Shown piece after piece: positions 50,701-64,000 of a stretch of 64,000 nt of DNA. A program made the translations under genes and the position numbers. Under the pieces are notes generated by a model. The model was given only the letters and a program-made list of their open reading frames with translations. It made no database searches and was not told where the DNA came from. Each line of letters opens with the position of its first letter. Position 1 is the stretch's first letter. Source of the stretch: Podarcis melisellensis (lineage: Eukaryota); assembly GCA_964234715.1 (NCBI GenBank), contig OZ174279.1; one strand, 5' to 3'.

Positions 50701-51878
50701 TATTTGGGGATAATAATACTGTAATGCAAACGAGCTGAGGGGTGCATACTTGGGAGTTATCCTCCCAACATCCCGGTAAGGTAGCATAGGCTGGCCCGTT
50801 GTCACGCAGTTATCTCCATGCTGAGCACGGAGATTCAATTCTGCGTCTCCCCGTGGTTCAAGTCAACATCAGCTCTCTCTTTCCATCCAGTCCCAATATC
50901 GGTTCCTGCACAGCAACCGGGCCGAGGGACAAATATGCATGCTGCGTATGTATAATGCCATTTTCGGAGCGATATAAAAGTGCACCCTTAGCTCCCGGTA
51001 ACTGACGTATTGGCTCGTCTCTTCGGCTCCCGCGTGCCCATCTCATGGCTTGAACACCATGATTCATTGGGATCATCTGGCGAGCTGGCAAGCGAGGCTC
51101 CAGCTGTGAGGAGTGGACACTGCCGGGTTAGCTTGCATCGTCTAAGCTTTCCAGAGTTAACCTGTAGCTCTTATTTGGGCAAGTGGGTCATCAGGCTCTC
51201 TTTGGGAATTAACTGCTGTCCCTAGGCTTTCTCTACCATAAGAGACATCAAGGCATGGGAGGCTGCTGGGAGAGGACAAATGCCACCCCTTTTGCTTGAG
51301 TGCAAGAATGTGAGCTGTTGCCCCATATGGCCCCACCCTGGCACTCATCCCAGCTTCTGTGGAATTTCCGTGCATGCAAACCGGCTTTTAGCCTGGAGCT
51401 GTTTTCTGGTATGTAGCTCCTCCCAACTTGAGCACACCTGTACTGAGCAAGCAGAGGCCTGGCTTAATACTCTGCTGCCAGAGAATTAACAACACAATCT
51501 GGATGGTGTTGGGGGAGCTCAGAGGATTGCTTAGGAAAATGGAGGTGCTCTCTTTCTGATGGCCTACACATCCCCCAAGGGCCGGGAGTCAGCTGCAGAA
51601 TAGGAATCCCAATTCCTTCAGTGGGGAAGGAACCAGTTTTGTTCTGTAGGAGGTGGCGGCAGATAAGCTGTGTTGGCAAAAAGGATGGATGCCTTGAGGC
51701 ATGGCTGTGGAAAGGTTGTGTCTTACACATCTACTCTCAGCTAGGCAGGCATAGGTGAAGTTGAGGGTGGCAAAGGAGTAGCAGTGGCTGGCAGGATTAG
51801 TCATTCTGCTGTTTCACCCTATTTCCTCTCTCTTTCACAGAGCCACCTTCAGCTACAGAGTGGAGGGACCCTAGCATC

Positions 51879-52201
51879 ATGGGTACCCCAGCCTCTATTG
51901 CCTGTGACTTGCCACAGCATCAGACCCCCAAAGCCTGCACTCGCAAGAGAGCATCTGCCAACATCTTTCAGGGGGTGGGGCTGTTGCAGTTGCGCCGCCT
52001 CTTCCACAGCAGTGGGGATGCCCAAGCCGAGGAGAGGGCCCAGCTGGTCTGGGAATGTGCAGGGAGCCGGTGCATTGCTCACGCCTTGCAACAGCTCCGA
52101 AGGAGGCAGAGAAAGCTGAGGCTGAGATCACACCTGAGACCTCCTTCAGAAATGAGTGGTGCCACCAGACTCCTAGAGCTCCAACACTTCAGCCGCCTAC
52201 G
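51879..52201 (+). CDS. AVPI1: Arginine vasopressin-induced protein 1, first coding exon
   Basis: MGTPAS...RKRASANIFQGV.L.QL..LF..SGD..AEERAQLVWECAG (AVPI1/TCIM family motif); acceptor at 51840/51841, donor CG|GTATGG. Confidence 0.93.
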
Positions 52202-53399
52202 GTATGGTCTCCATGTTCATGCCACCCTGCTTCTACAGCTCTTGCACTCACCATCTAACAATAAAGCCACAAAGATCCCCTCTCCCCTGCTGTTTCTGCA
52301 ACAGCAGGTTGTAGGCCAGCGATGGCCCTTCAAATCTCATTGGAGTCTTAACTTCCATTTGTCTTGTTAGCATGGCCAATGATAAGAGATAACGGGTTTT
52401 CTTCAGCAACATCTGGAGGACTTCAGGTTCTCAACTCCTGGAGTAAGCAGTAGATCTCTACCTAAAACCAGTAACTTCCTACCTACAGATGTATTCTATA
52501 AATTCCTGGTTTGTATACTTTTGGCCAGCTGCTGTACCTCAAGTCAGGTCACATTCACACCATAAAGTTCTATTAAACAGTCATGGCTTCCACCAACGAA
52601 TTCTGGGAGTTGTAGTTTAAGGATGCTGAGAGTTGTTAGATGTCCTTGTTCCCTTTACAGAACTATAGTTCTCAGGAGTTCCCTGTGACAAGGGATTGCT
52701 TGTTAAACTGCTCTGGGGGGGGCACAGGGACTTCCTTACAACTCTCAGCATCCTTAGTAAAGTGCAGTTTGGGGGGAAGACATGACTGTTTACATTTAAA
52801 GCACTATGATTCCATTTTATAGTGTGAATGCAGCCTCGACCTCCTAACTCTTCCTAAGCAACTAGTGTTACCTGCTCTTAATGCTGTTGTGCAGATGTAA
52901 AATAGTTATGGCCATATGTCATCAACAGTGGTCTCTTAATAAAGCCACGAGTTAGAGCATCCTTTGCTTAAAAATGTGTTCATTGGTTATATTGCAGTGT
53001 GTTCAAAACTGGAGCAAATGTGCTTTGTATTGTACTCAGGCATAGCATGTAAACAGAATCTGCTGACAGGTACAGAGTTTAGCCTCTTACCAACCTCAGC
53101 TTTCAGCTTACGCAAGTTGAAAATGTAGATGCAAAAGTATGCGAGTAATGTGAAATTTCAGAAACCAGAGGGGCAAAGCTTTCTCTAGTTCCTGCCCTCC
53201 ACTCATCATTAACAGAAGCAGAATTTTTGTATGCAGAGTAAGTAAACATGTAAATGTAATTCATTTGCATTATTTGTACAGTTCACACAATTTATTCTCC
53301 CTTTGAACAGAATTTTATATTTTTTAAACATGGAGGATACAAAGACAGCTAGATCAGCAGGGTTTGGGAACCTGTGGCCAACCAGATGTTGCTAGACTA

Positions 53400-53603
53400 C
53401 AGTGGTACCTCGGGTCAAGTACTTAATTTGTTCTGGAGGTCCATTCTTAACCTGAAGCACCACTTTAGCTAATGAGGCCTCCTGCTGCCACTGCGCCGCT
53501 GGAGCACGATTTCTGTTCTCATCCTGAAGTTCTTAACCCAAGGTACTATTTCTGGGTTAGCGGAGTCTGTAACCTGAAGCGTATGTAACCCAAGGTACCA
53601 CTG
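53400..53603. mobile_element. Tc1/mariner MITE (same family as 40023), inserted into an older MITE
   Basis: TA|CAGTGGTACCTCGGGT ... ACCCAAGGTACCACTG|TA. Confidence 0.88.
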
Positions 53604-53880
53604 TATAGCTTTCTTCACCTCTGATCGTTGCACGTATGGCTGGGGCTGAGAATTGGGCACTACTGCTGATCTAGAGGAAAAGGAGAGCAAGTGTGCTTCT
53701 CACAAACTAGCAAGGTAACTTTCAACTGCAAGAGTAGCCACACCTGTAAATTCTTTCCTCCTTTACTTGTAGAAAGACACCATGGCAATTCTCTTCTTAT
53801 TGCCTGTACATATTGCTTACTTCTCCAGAAGAGATAACATACTACTCCATTTCTTAATGGGTGCCTTTGTTCTCCTATAG

Positions 53881-54043
53881 GATTGAAGACCGCACCACAT
53901 CATGTGCTGATGTTGATGGCTGCAGCAATAGTGATAAGGAGATAGATGCAGCTGATCAAACCAGCCACTACACTGCTTCCCACTACAGGAAGAAAAAAAG
54001 TGGAATGGGAACTGCAGACTACCTGCACCAGCTCCGCCGGTGA
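53881..54043 (+). CDS. AVPI1: AVPI1 last coding exon
   Basis: ttctcctatag| (R)IEDR...RKKKSGMGTADYLHQLRR*; C-terminus matches human YLHQIRH; CDS 486 nt, 161 aa. Confidence 0.9.
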
Positions 54044-54313
54044 GCAACTGAACCTGATGGCAACAGTTGTAGTTAAATGTCACTGTACGGAACAGGAGTA
54101 GCCTGAACCCAAGGGGGGTTCGTATGGAACATGCACTTCTCTCATAGCAAAATGTTTTCATATAATATCCTCTGTGCTTCACACTGGCAAAAATGGTGGA
54201 GAAACTTGAAACCAACCCTTCTCTTTCAAGCACTACCTGTTCTGGTTCTCAGACTTGACCACATCCGGCTATGACAAAGCACAAACACTACAGACTGAAT
54301 GTACCTGGTCATA

Positions 54314-54322
54314 TTTAATAAA
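54314..54322. terminator. Overlapping poly(A) hexamers: AATAAA (+, AVPI1) and ATTAAA (-, candidate for PI4K2A)
   Basis: TTTAATAAA 270 nt after the AVPI1 stop; GU-rich tract downstream on the minus strand. Confidence 0.6.
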
Positions 54323-57298
54323 GCTTATTATACAGTCCCCTCTATGAAAGCGCTTTGTGAATGCAAGTAGTAATTGCTTAAATTGCACCAATGTCTCTAG
54401 TTCAGCACTGTATTTTGCATAATCAGATGCTTCTGAGAAGTCCACAAGGAGGCTGCATGAAGGGAACAACTTTCTTGTTGGCTCCCACTCAGTAATTTGT
54501 ATTTGGAGGCAGGCTGCCTCAGCTGCATGAAAACTATGTGGCACCTTCATGTAAGTAGCTGGAGGCAGGGCTGTTCCTCATGAGTTTGTCTAGTTGCCTT
54601 TTAAGATCAGCTAGTGTCACGTCTTGAAGTGGATTTCCTCATTATGCCAGTGTGTCAATTGCCTCTTCTAAATCTGAGGCGAGTCAAGTGTTGGGGTTGG
54701 GGAATGGATTATGAAGGGTCTGGGTTTGCACCAAAAGCACCGTCTACAGTGACAGCCTTAGAAAGTCTCACTTTCTGCAAGACTAGCTGCCTTAATAAGT
54801 TCTCTTCGCCCACTTAGTTGTGAGGGTAGTCACTCCATCCTATACAAAGAATAATAATGGGGCAGGGCAAGTATAATGCTCTTTCACTCTGTAGGTGTGA
54901 TCATATTGACTGGGGAGTAGTTCCTATACTGCTATTATATAGGAGGTCAGTCCTCTGAAAAACTAAGTGTTCGAAAAAGTTATGAGATGGAGTGTGGGGA
55001 CATACACAGTCCTGGTAATTCCAAAAGAGAACAGGAACTAAGGCTGCATTATGTTTAAACAGTCTTCTGCCTATATGTACTCACATACCCCTGTTGAACA
55101 ACCAGAGGTCTGCCCATTTGGGTGCCTAGCTATAATAGCTCTCTCAAGGCAAGAAGGTGGTCTCGTGCACAATCAGCTTCATACTTGGTGCAGAGGTTGG
55201 GCAACTTGTTTTTTCTTTTAACTGTACAGATTTTATATTACCAAAATAGAAGTGAATACTAACACATTAAGGCGATGAAAGGGTATATGTTGTGTTAAAT
55301 ATCACTTCGAGCCAGGGCCATCTAAGCTAACAGGATGAAATGCACAATTCTTTCTCCTAAAGGCTATAAAAGGATCAGGAAGGTTTTTCTGCAGGTGGTA
55401 AAGGGGTAGAGAATATGTGGTCCTTCAGATGTTTTTAGACTCTTAACTCCAGTCAGCCCCACCTAGCATGGCCAGTAATGGGATAGTGGAATTTATAGCC
55501 TGGAACATCGGGCAGGCAAGCCACAGCTTCCCCACCCCATGGGTTCAGGCCAGCTTCCCACCCCATGCTTTGCAATACAAAAAAGTCAGACACAAGGAAG
55601 GACTTTCCAATGATGTATGCAGTGTAAGCTTCACCTAGTGGGGAATATTCATACTGCAGGGGGAAGTAGAGAGCAAGTGTGAGCCATGACACAATTGCAA
55701 GCAGCAGCGCAGGGAGAAAATTCAGTTCCCATTAACACAAGCAGACCAAAAAAAAAACCACGCAAGAGACCGGCTCTGCAACTGCAGACCTGTTATGAAG
55801 ATACTTGCATTGATTTAAATATATTACATACATTTCTACAGTGCATAAGAACGATACATTTCAGTTCAGGCTGGCAAAAAGGAAAAGAACCCATGCCTGG
55901 CATCAAGTACATCAGCTTCAGCCTGGCACCTCAGGCATACAGCAGGGAATTGTCCCCCAAGTGAGAAAGAGGCAGACCCCCCCACATACAGGGCACCAGG
56001 CGACTGCTCTTAACAGCAGAGAAGCTGGACTCGATGCAAGGCTTCTCCTCGCAGGCCTGGGTGGCAGCCAAATCAGCAACACCCAAGGAGAATTCAGGAC
56101 ACTTATATTGACAATTTCAGAGGGAAACTTGATGCCAGGGATTTAGCACAGTAGCTTTCAGGAAAGCAGCATTCACTGTACCATTCCATTGCACACGGGG
56201 TGTAAAGGGACTCGGTATGGTAGTGATCCTAATGTGAGTGCTTCCCCTTATGAGGATACAGTGAGGACATTTCCCCCATGGCAGCAGGCAACCCCACCCA
56301 GAGAACCTCCTCCCCCCTCCCGATTGTCAATGCCCAAATGCAGCCCAAGGGAAGATTCTTCCTCTGGCAGTGGCCTCTTTTCTGCCTCCCGCTCACCCCA
56401 GCATGGGCAGAGAAGAGGCACAGCTATTACTTCCTCTAGGGATCAGACTAGATGGGTGTGAAATACTAGCCCAAGGCTAACAGTGCTAGGATATAGTCAT
56501 CCTCTCAGTTGCTCCGGCACTACATGGAGAACAAGTGTGTTCACTTGGGTTCAATTATTTAAAACCAATGTTAAAATCTACTATTTGAGGCATTTACTCC
56601 CTTGCAGAAGGGAAGGAAGCACAGCAGTTATACTCTTGCAGGACCTACCTGCTAATATTACCCCAGGCAGACAAAAGCTGCACCAACAGACTCTAGTCCG
56701 ACCCTTAAGTTCTTCTTTCCTCTCTATCCCAACTTGCATCCTCCCAGGAGCAGTCGGTAGCAGCTGTGCTCCTTATGGATGGCCCCAAGACATGACTCTG
56801 TAGGACCACGGATAACAGAGCAAGCCTAGTGGAGCAGGGTCCTCCCCCTCCGCTGCAGGATAAAACAGGGTGCAGGGAAGGAGGGAGGAATATCAAGGCT
56901 GGGAGTTGCACACAGCAGGAGCACCTCTATCCAACTCAGATCATCCCCCTTCATCGCCAGCCTTCCCAGGCAGAAGACCCTGGGGTGTTCTCCACCCAGG
57001 TGGACATTAGAGGGACGGCTTGAAACCAAAGGATGCTGCATGCAGGCACCTGCTGGGAGATGCTGCCATGCTCAGGCTGGGGAGCGGACGGGCATTTCCA
57101 GCCCGCAGCAAGAGGGGGGGGAGCAGTCAGGTCTAAGGAAGGGCCTCCCTTCCTGCTGGGAATGTGCAGAGTTGAGGCTGACTGGTAGCGCCTGCTTACA
57201 TCTCCCACTGGCAGCAGCACAGCGGCCTCAGTCTGGAGGATTGGCTGCCCGCTGTCAAGTGATAACTCGGGTTCCTCGATGAGTCGCAGAGACCTCTG

Positions 57299-57460
<162 letters not shown>

Positions 57461-57501
57461 CTAGGAAGAGAAGAGGGGGGAAACTTGAGTGCCCGGAGTC
57501 A

Positions 57502-57636
<135 letters not shown>

Positions 57637-57762
57637 CTACAAAAGAGACAGCAACAGATAGACAGACACGATAAGGGTGGGTGCTGCGTACAAATCTCTT
57701 GTCTTCTGTTCTTATGGAGAGGAATAGGTGCAGTAACCCTCCCACAGCATCCACACAAATTA

Positions 57763-57990
<228 letters not shown>

Positions 57991-58179
57991 TTAACAGGCT
58001 TGTTACGAGGGCAACATCCCATAAAGGACACTGAAGATGACTCAATCCTAGCACTGGAGACCCTGAACATCCTGGACTCCACATGGAAACACAAGGCAGT
58101 CAGCCCTTAAAGAGCACCCTGGACCAGCCAGAAACACTTGCTTACTGGGAATCTGCTTGGGTTCTAGGGCTTGGGACTA

Positions 58180-58284
<105 letters not shown>

Positions 58285-59067
58285 CTACAGAGAGGGAAGA
58301 ATGTTGAACCAGAAAAGGGTACTGTTGTATTTGTTACTTTTTACAGGAAAATGTTTAAAACCAAATATAAGAACAAGAGTAAAACAATATCTAAAATGTT
58401 CGTACACACACACACACACACACACGGGGTGCTCTGCCCCACTGCTCACTGTTTACCAACCGCAACTCCACTTCTCTTCCCACATTAACGCTCTACAGAT
58501 TCCCCTTCCCACCCCGTGCATCCACTTAATCCCCTTTTTACCTTCCCAAACTAATTTTTGAAGCCATTTGTCTCTTCCATTCTGCAGCTCCGCTTTGTCC
58601 TCGTTTTCAGCACCGCAAAAGCAACACAATGGGCACTGCTTATACTACCAAAAGTTCTGACCAAGCCCTACCTCAAATCCTCTCTGCCCCCCTTCCCCCC
58701 CCCAAGGCCCAAAGGGAGTCCAAGCATTGCTAATGGGCAAAGTGAGTCTAGCATTCCTTTGACACTACCTTCTCCCTCCCCATTTTGCTCCTCTGCAAGC
58801 TTGCTAGAGCCATGATGCCAGCTTTCTCTTTTCTGGCACTCACTGGAAAGGGCTCAGCAACTTCTGGACTCTCCCATGTCTTGGTGCCAGGCTATACACT
58901 GAAGACCAACTTTTGATATCACTCAGAACTAAGGGCTGTCACTCCACAAGCAGCAAGTTGTCAGCTAGTCTACCTGTGCCTAAGATGTGTTCAGCAGTTA
59001 CGGCACCTGATTAGAGACATTCCCTTAAATTTGGCCCTTCCTCAACGCTGCATACCAATTCCTTCTA

Positions 59068-59247
<180 letters not shown>

Positions 59248-60177
59248 TCACCACAGATAGCAAGATGCACATTGTAGTATTAAAAAGTGGCGGTGGGGGG
59301 AGAAGAAGTAAGACACATCATCAAACTGTGTAATCTGGCAGCTTACAATCTTTCAGTCGTTCGTCCCCTATTATTTGGAGAAGGCAACCTTATTCCAGCC
59401 TGGTCATTACTGCTCATGGTTTGTCAAGCCACAGAAGAATTTCCCATGCAAAACAGCAAGGCAATCCCCTACTATCCTTCCTTCAGGGGAAGTGGAAGCT
59501 GCAGAGCCTGCATCCTAAGCTTGGGAAGATGCTCAGCCTTCAGGTAAGAGTATCCCAACTCTACGAGGATTTTAGGACCATAAGACTACCTATGGCTACA
59601 GCAGGGCTCCAGGTTGGAACTCTGCATAAATCACTTGCAGGCTATCCATCACGTCTTTGACACAATGGTTTGCCTCAAGAGCCAAGGAGCACCAGCACAC
59701 AGCTATGCAGGGCTTTAGGTTAGTGGAAGAGCACATGCTCCATATGTAGGAATTTCCAGGCTCAGTCCCTGACATCTACAGATAGGGCCGGAAAAGGCTT
59801 TTGAACAATCAATGTAGAGAATACTGAGTTAAAGTGAACCAACCATCTGACTTAGTAAAAGGCAGTTACCTATTATTCCCCTCAAATACAGGAGGAAGTC
59901 CCCAAATATAATTGACAAGGAGACAAGGTCACAGGAACCCAAATGACAATAGAATATAAATTATTGAAACATGAATGTAAACATGTGCAAGTATATGTGT
60001 GCAGAACACAGAAGCACTGTGTAGAAAACAAGGAATTTTCCCCCAATTACTATAAATAGTAATTGATGAGATCTCCAGGACTGTATCATGTTGCATACCT
60101 CTTCAAAAACAAATTGGAGAATGATTGTCATTTCATTTTCTTACGATCGTACCTATAGACAACGTTGTGGGACATCA

Positions 60178-60561
<384 letters not shown>

Positions 60562-60592
60562 TCAGTGGCACAAAACATTTCTGGGCACCTTA

Positions 60593-60799
<207 letters not shown>

Positions 60800-61433
60800 T
60801 TACAGAACATGGTAAAAATCTAGGCATATACAGATCTGCCTACTTTATTAAAAACAAAATCTACGCACCTCAAATTGTGAGCATAATTTATTGACCTGAA
60901 AAATTACAATGGGGTGGGGAGAGTAAAACCCTATACCTTCTAGCAGCTTTGTTAAAAAGTAAATAAAAGTATATAGTACTTTAAAAGTGATATAAACATT
61001 CCATGCTTATGGTTACAACTTTTCTTCATCTGTAGTCAGGTTCTTCTAACTACTTCTACATGTAGTTCCTATCCCAAAACTCAAATATGGAGATCAAACT
61101 CAAGAATGCAGTAACCAAATAACCTAATTAATGCAAAAACCAGCAACTCACCACACTTGGCAAAGGGCATTTTTTTTAAAGAATGAATGAATGGAATATA
61201 ATAATTCTGGGACTACTCCCAGTTGCTTCTTCCCTCAATTGCTGTTCTCCCTGCTTCTAATCCAAAGCCAGAAGTCCTCACTGGGCTAGGAGTGAGAAAT
61301 ATCAATAGATATATAGGAACAAACTATTAAGAGGCAGAAGTGGGGGCTGGATGAAAGGCAGGATTTTATTATTGAGGAAGTAGGCACTGGGGATCCCACA
61401 CAGAAACACAGAGGTCTATATCCAGGCATCCTA

Positions 61434-61709
<276 letters not shown>

Positions 61710-62202
61710 TTAATTCAAGCTGGGCAAGGCAAGGGCAGCCAACCCCCACAACATATGGCAAAGTACCAGGCTCTTGCCAAACAGATCAATATTGTAGAAA
61801 GAGAAGGGGTTAGAGGTCTTCTTTGCTAAGAGCTGCACATTTACAAGAATGCTTCCAGTTAAAACATACACATCCATCACAAAGGGACCTGGTGCCCTAC
61901 TTTTCAAGAGCAGACCTTCAACCAATAGTTCTCATTTTTCACTCCCAGGAGTTCAGGCAGCCAAGCTGAGTGTGCATTCTCTGAACAAACATATTACCTA
62001 GGACAACAGTTCTTAACTGCAGTGGGGAAATCTGTGACCCTCCAGGGGTTGTTGGACCCAGCTCCTATCAGCCTCAGCCAGCATGGCCAGTGATCAGGAA
62101 TGATGGGAGTTGGAGTCCAACAACATATGGAAGGCTACAGGTTCGCTACCCTGTCTTAATCAAATAATTCCAAAATTAAAAACTGCTAAAGTTACCGGTA
62201 AT

Positions 62203-62575
62203 CTCTTTAGCCTGGAAAAGAGGAGACTGAGAGGACATATGATAGCCATCTTCCAATATCTAAAGGGCTGCCACATGGAAGATGGAGGAACCTTGTTTTT
62301 GCCTGCTCCAGAGGCTAGAATTCGAACTAATGAATTCAAGTTACAAGTCAGGAGATTCTGACTAAACCTCAGGAAGAATCTTCTGACAGTAAGAGTTGTT
62401 CAACAGTGGAACAGATTTCCATGAGAGGTGGCAGGCTCTCCTTCTTTGGAGGTTTTTAAGCAGAGGTTGGATGGCCATCTGTCATAGACACTTTAGCTAA
62501 GATTCCTGCATTGCAAGGGGGTTGGACTAGATGATCCTTGGGGTCCCTTCCAACTCTACAGTTCTCTGATTCTAT
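62203..62575 (+). mobile_element. CR1 LINE 3' fragment
   Basis: LFSLEKRRLRGHMIAIFQYLKGCH...RTNEFKLQVRRF and CR1 3' end ggtcccttccaactcta...gattctat. Confidence 0.9.
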
Positions 62576-64000
62576 AATCCAGGTGCACAAAGACCTAAAT
62601 AAGCAGACTGATCAGTTCCACCTCCTGGGACTGATTGGCTACACCTCACTGGTTAGGTAGGTATAACAAAGTTTATGGCATCTCTAGTTGGGAAATTTAC
62701 TAGGAGGTTTCACTTCCCTGTCCACATAGTCCCAGTGCTTTAAATTGCATGCTGAGAGCTACAATTAGGTGCTGCATTGGCAGCGGGGGAATGGGGCCTT
62801 CCACCGTAAAGCAATGTTTCAAACCTTTTGAGTTCTGGTTCCCTTCTAAAACTTACTCTCCCTCCCCCCACACACACCTTCTAAGCCCACTCAACCTCAT
62901 TGTCAGTGCTCTCTTTAGCTAGGGAGCGCACAGAGAAGTTACTGTGGCACAAATATCCAGCCTTTCCTACCACAAGTCCTTTTGGGTTCTCTATAGATTC
63001 CCACCCATGGGCCTCAGAGAAAGATTGCCACGCCATTTTTTACAACAGTGAGATGCAGACAAGTCAAGCAGCTGCTGCTTCTCATCTCAGGATGACGCTC
63101 AGTCAGGAGACAAAGATCCTGGGGAACTCCGGAAAGGAAATAAAGTGTACAGAGTGCCACGTGTTGCCAAAGACTCTTTCCGCCCCTCCTGATACTTTGT
63201 AAGCCTGGTAGACTGTGCTCCACAGATAAAGAATCTGTGGCCCTCTAAGATGTTGGACTACAACATCCATCAGCCCCAGTTGGCATGGCCAATAATATGA
63301 AAATCTGTAGTCAAGCAGCCACTGGAGGGCTACAGGTTCTCCACCCCCCTTCTCTGTCCCCACACCAACAACAATACTAGCATCCCATACAAGGTTACCA
63401 AAGCGACAGGCACACAGCTTAGGAAAGGTCCACACTGAGAACTCTGGAACAGCTTCTGGGGACTCAGCTAGAAAGAGCTGGGCACTTGGCTTCGGCAAAG
63501 AAAAAACACTTATGCTTTGTTTATGCATTCTAACACTGTGACACCAGATGGCGCTGTGGAATTTCATTTTTGCTAACCCGATTTCTCATACAAAGTTTGC
63601 AATGCGTGAAACGTTTCTTTGATGTGTCTAGTTCCAGCCTAGGGCACTGATTTAAGGAAGGAGCAGATGCATGCGTGCAACCACTAGATGGGGCACTAGT
63701 TGATTACTTATTACTTACAAGCACCAGGCCATTTACTGCCTACACTATAGCCTGGCCTATTCCACGAATGCACCAACAGCCGGTCCTGGATTCTGGGTAG
63801 CTGAAACTGCACGACATAATTCAACATAGGAGGCTACCTTCCACAGAAGATGCTTCATGAAAACAATTTATGAGCATTTGTTTTTTAACAGAACATACTA
63901 GGCCTCACGACTGCAGGTGAAGCCTCTGAAGATACAATGGGTATTTCTACTAAAAGTTTGAAAATCAAATACAAGGAGTAGGGTTCCTTCCGTCAGCAGC

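Overview
Vertebrate genomic DNA, almost certainly from a squamate: Sauria SINE and Squam-type SINE content suggests a lacertid lizard (inference from repeats). The window holds the gene block syntenic with human 10q24. SFRP5 (+): 3 coding exons, 10868-19767, 315 aa. ZFYVE27/protrudin (-): 12 coding exons including a 21-nt microexon, 37496-26836, 415 aa. MARVELD1 (-): single coding exon, 47647-47123. AVPI1 (+): 2 coding exons, 51879-54043, 161 aa. PI4K2A (-): last 8 exons, 61682-57299; exon 1 lies beyond the window. Exon boundaries were traced by hand using GT-AG sites and frame continuity. Introns and intergenic DNA carry L2 and CR1 LINE 3' ends, SINEs, hAT and Tc1/mariner MITEs (many with intact TSDs, several nested), a probable Chapaev3 deletion derivative and a probable solo LTR. 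I found no convincing wholly new biological system. The best leads are regulatory: a single TTTAATAAA that could be a shared bidirectional poly(A) signal for convergent AVPI1 and PI4K2A, a GATA-palindrome/OTX/MiT motif cluster upstream of SFRP5, the SRRM4-type protrudin microexon, and the CRE/CCAAT CpG promoter between head-to-head MARVELD1 and AVPI1.
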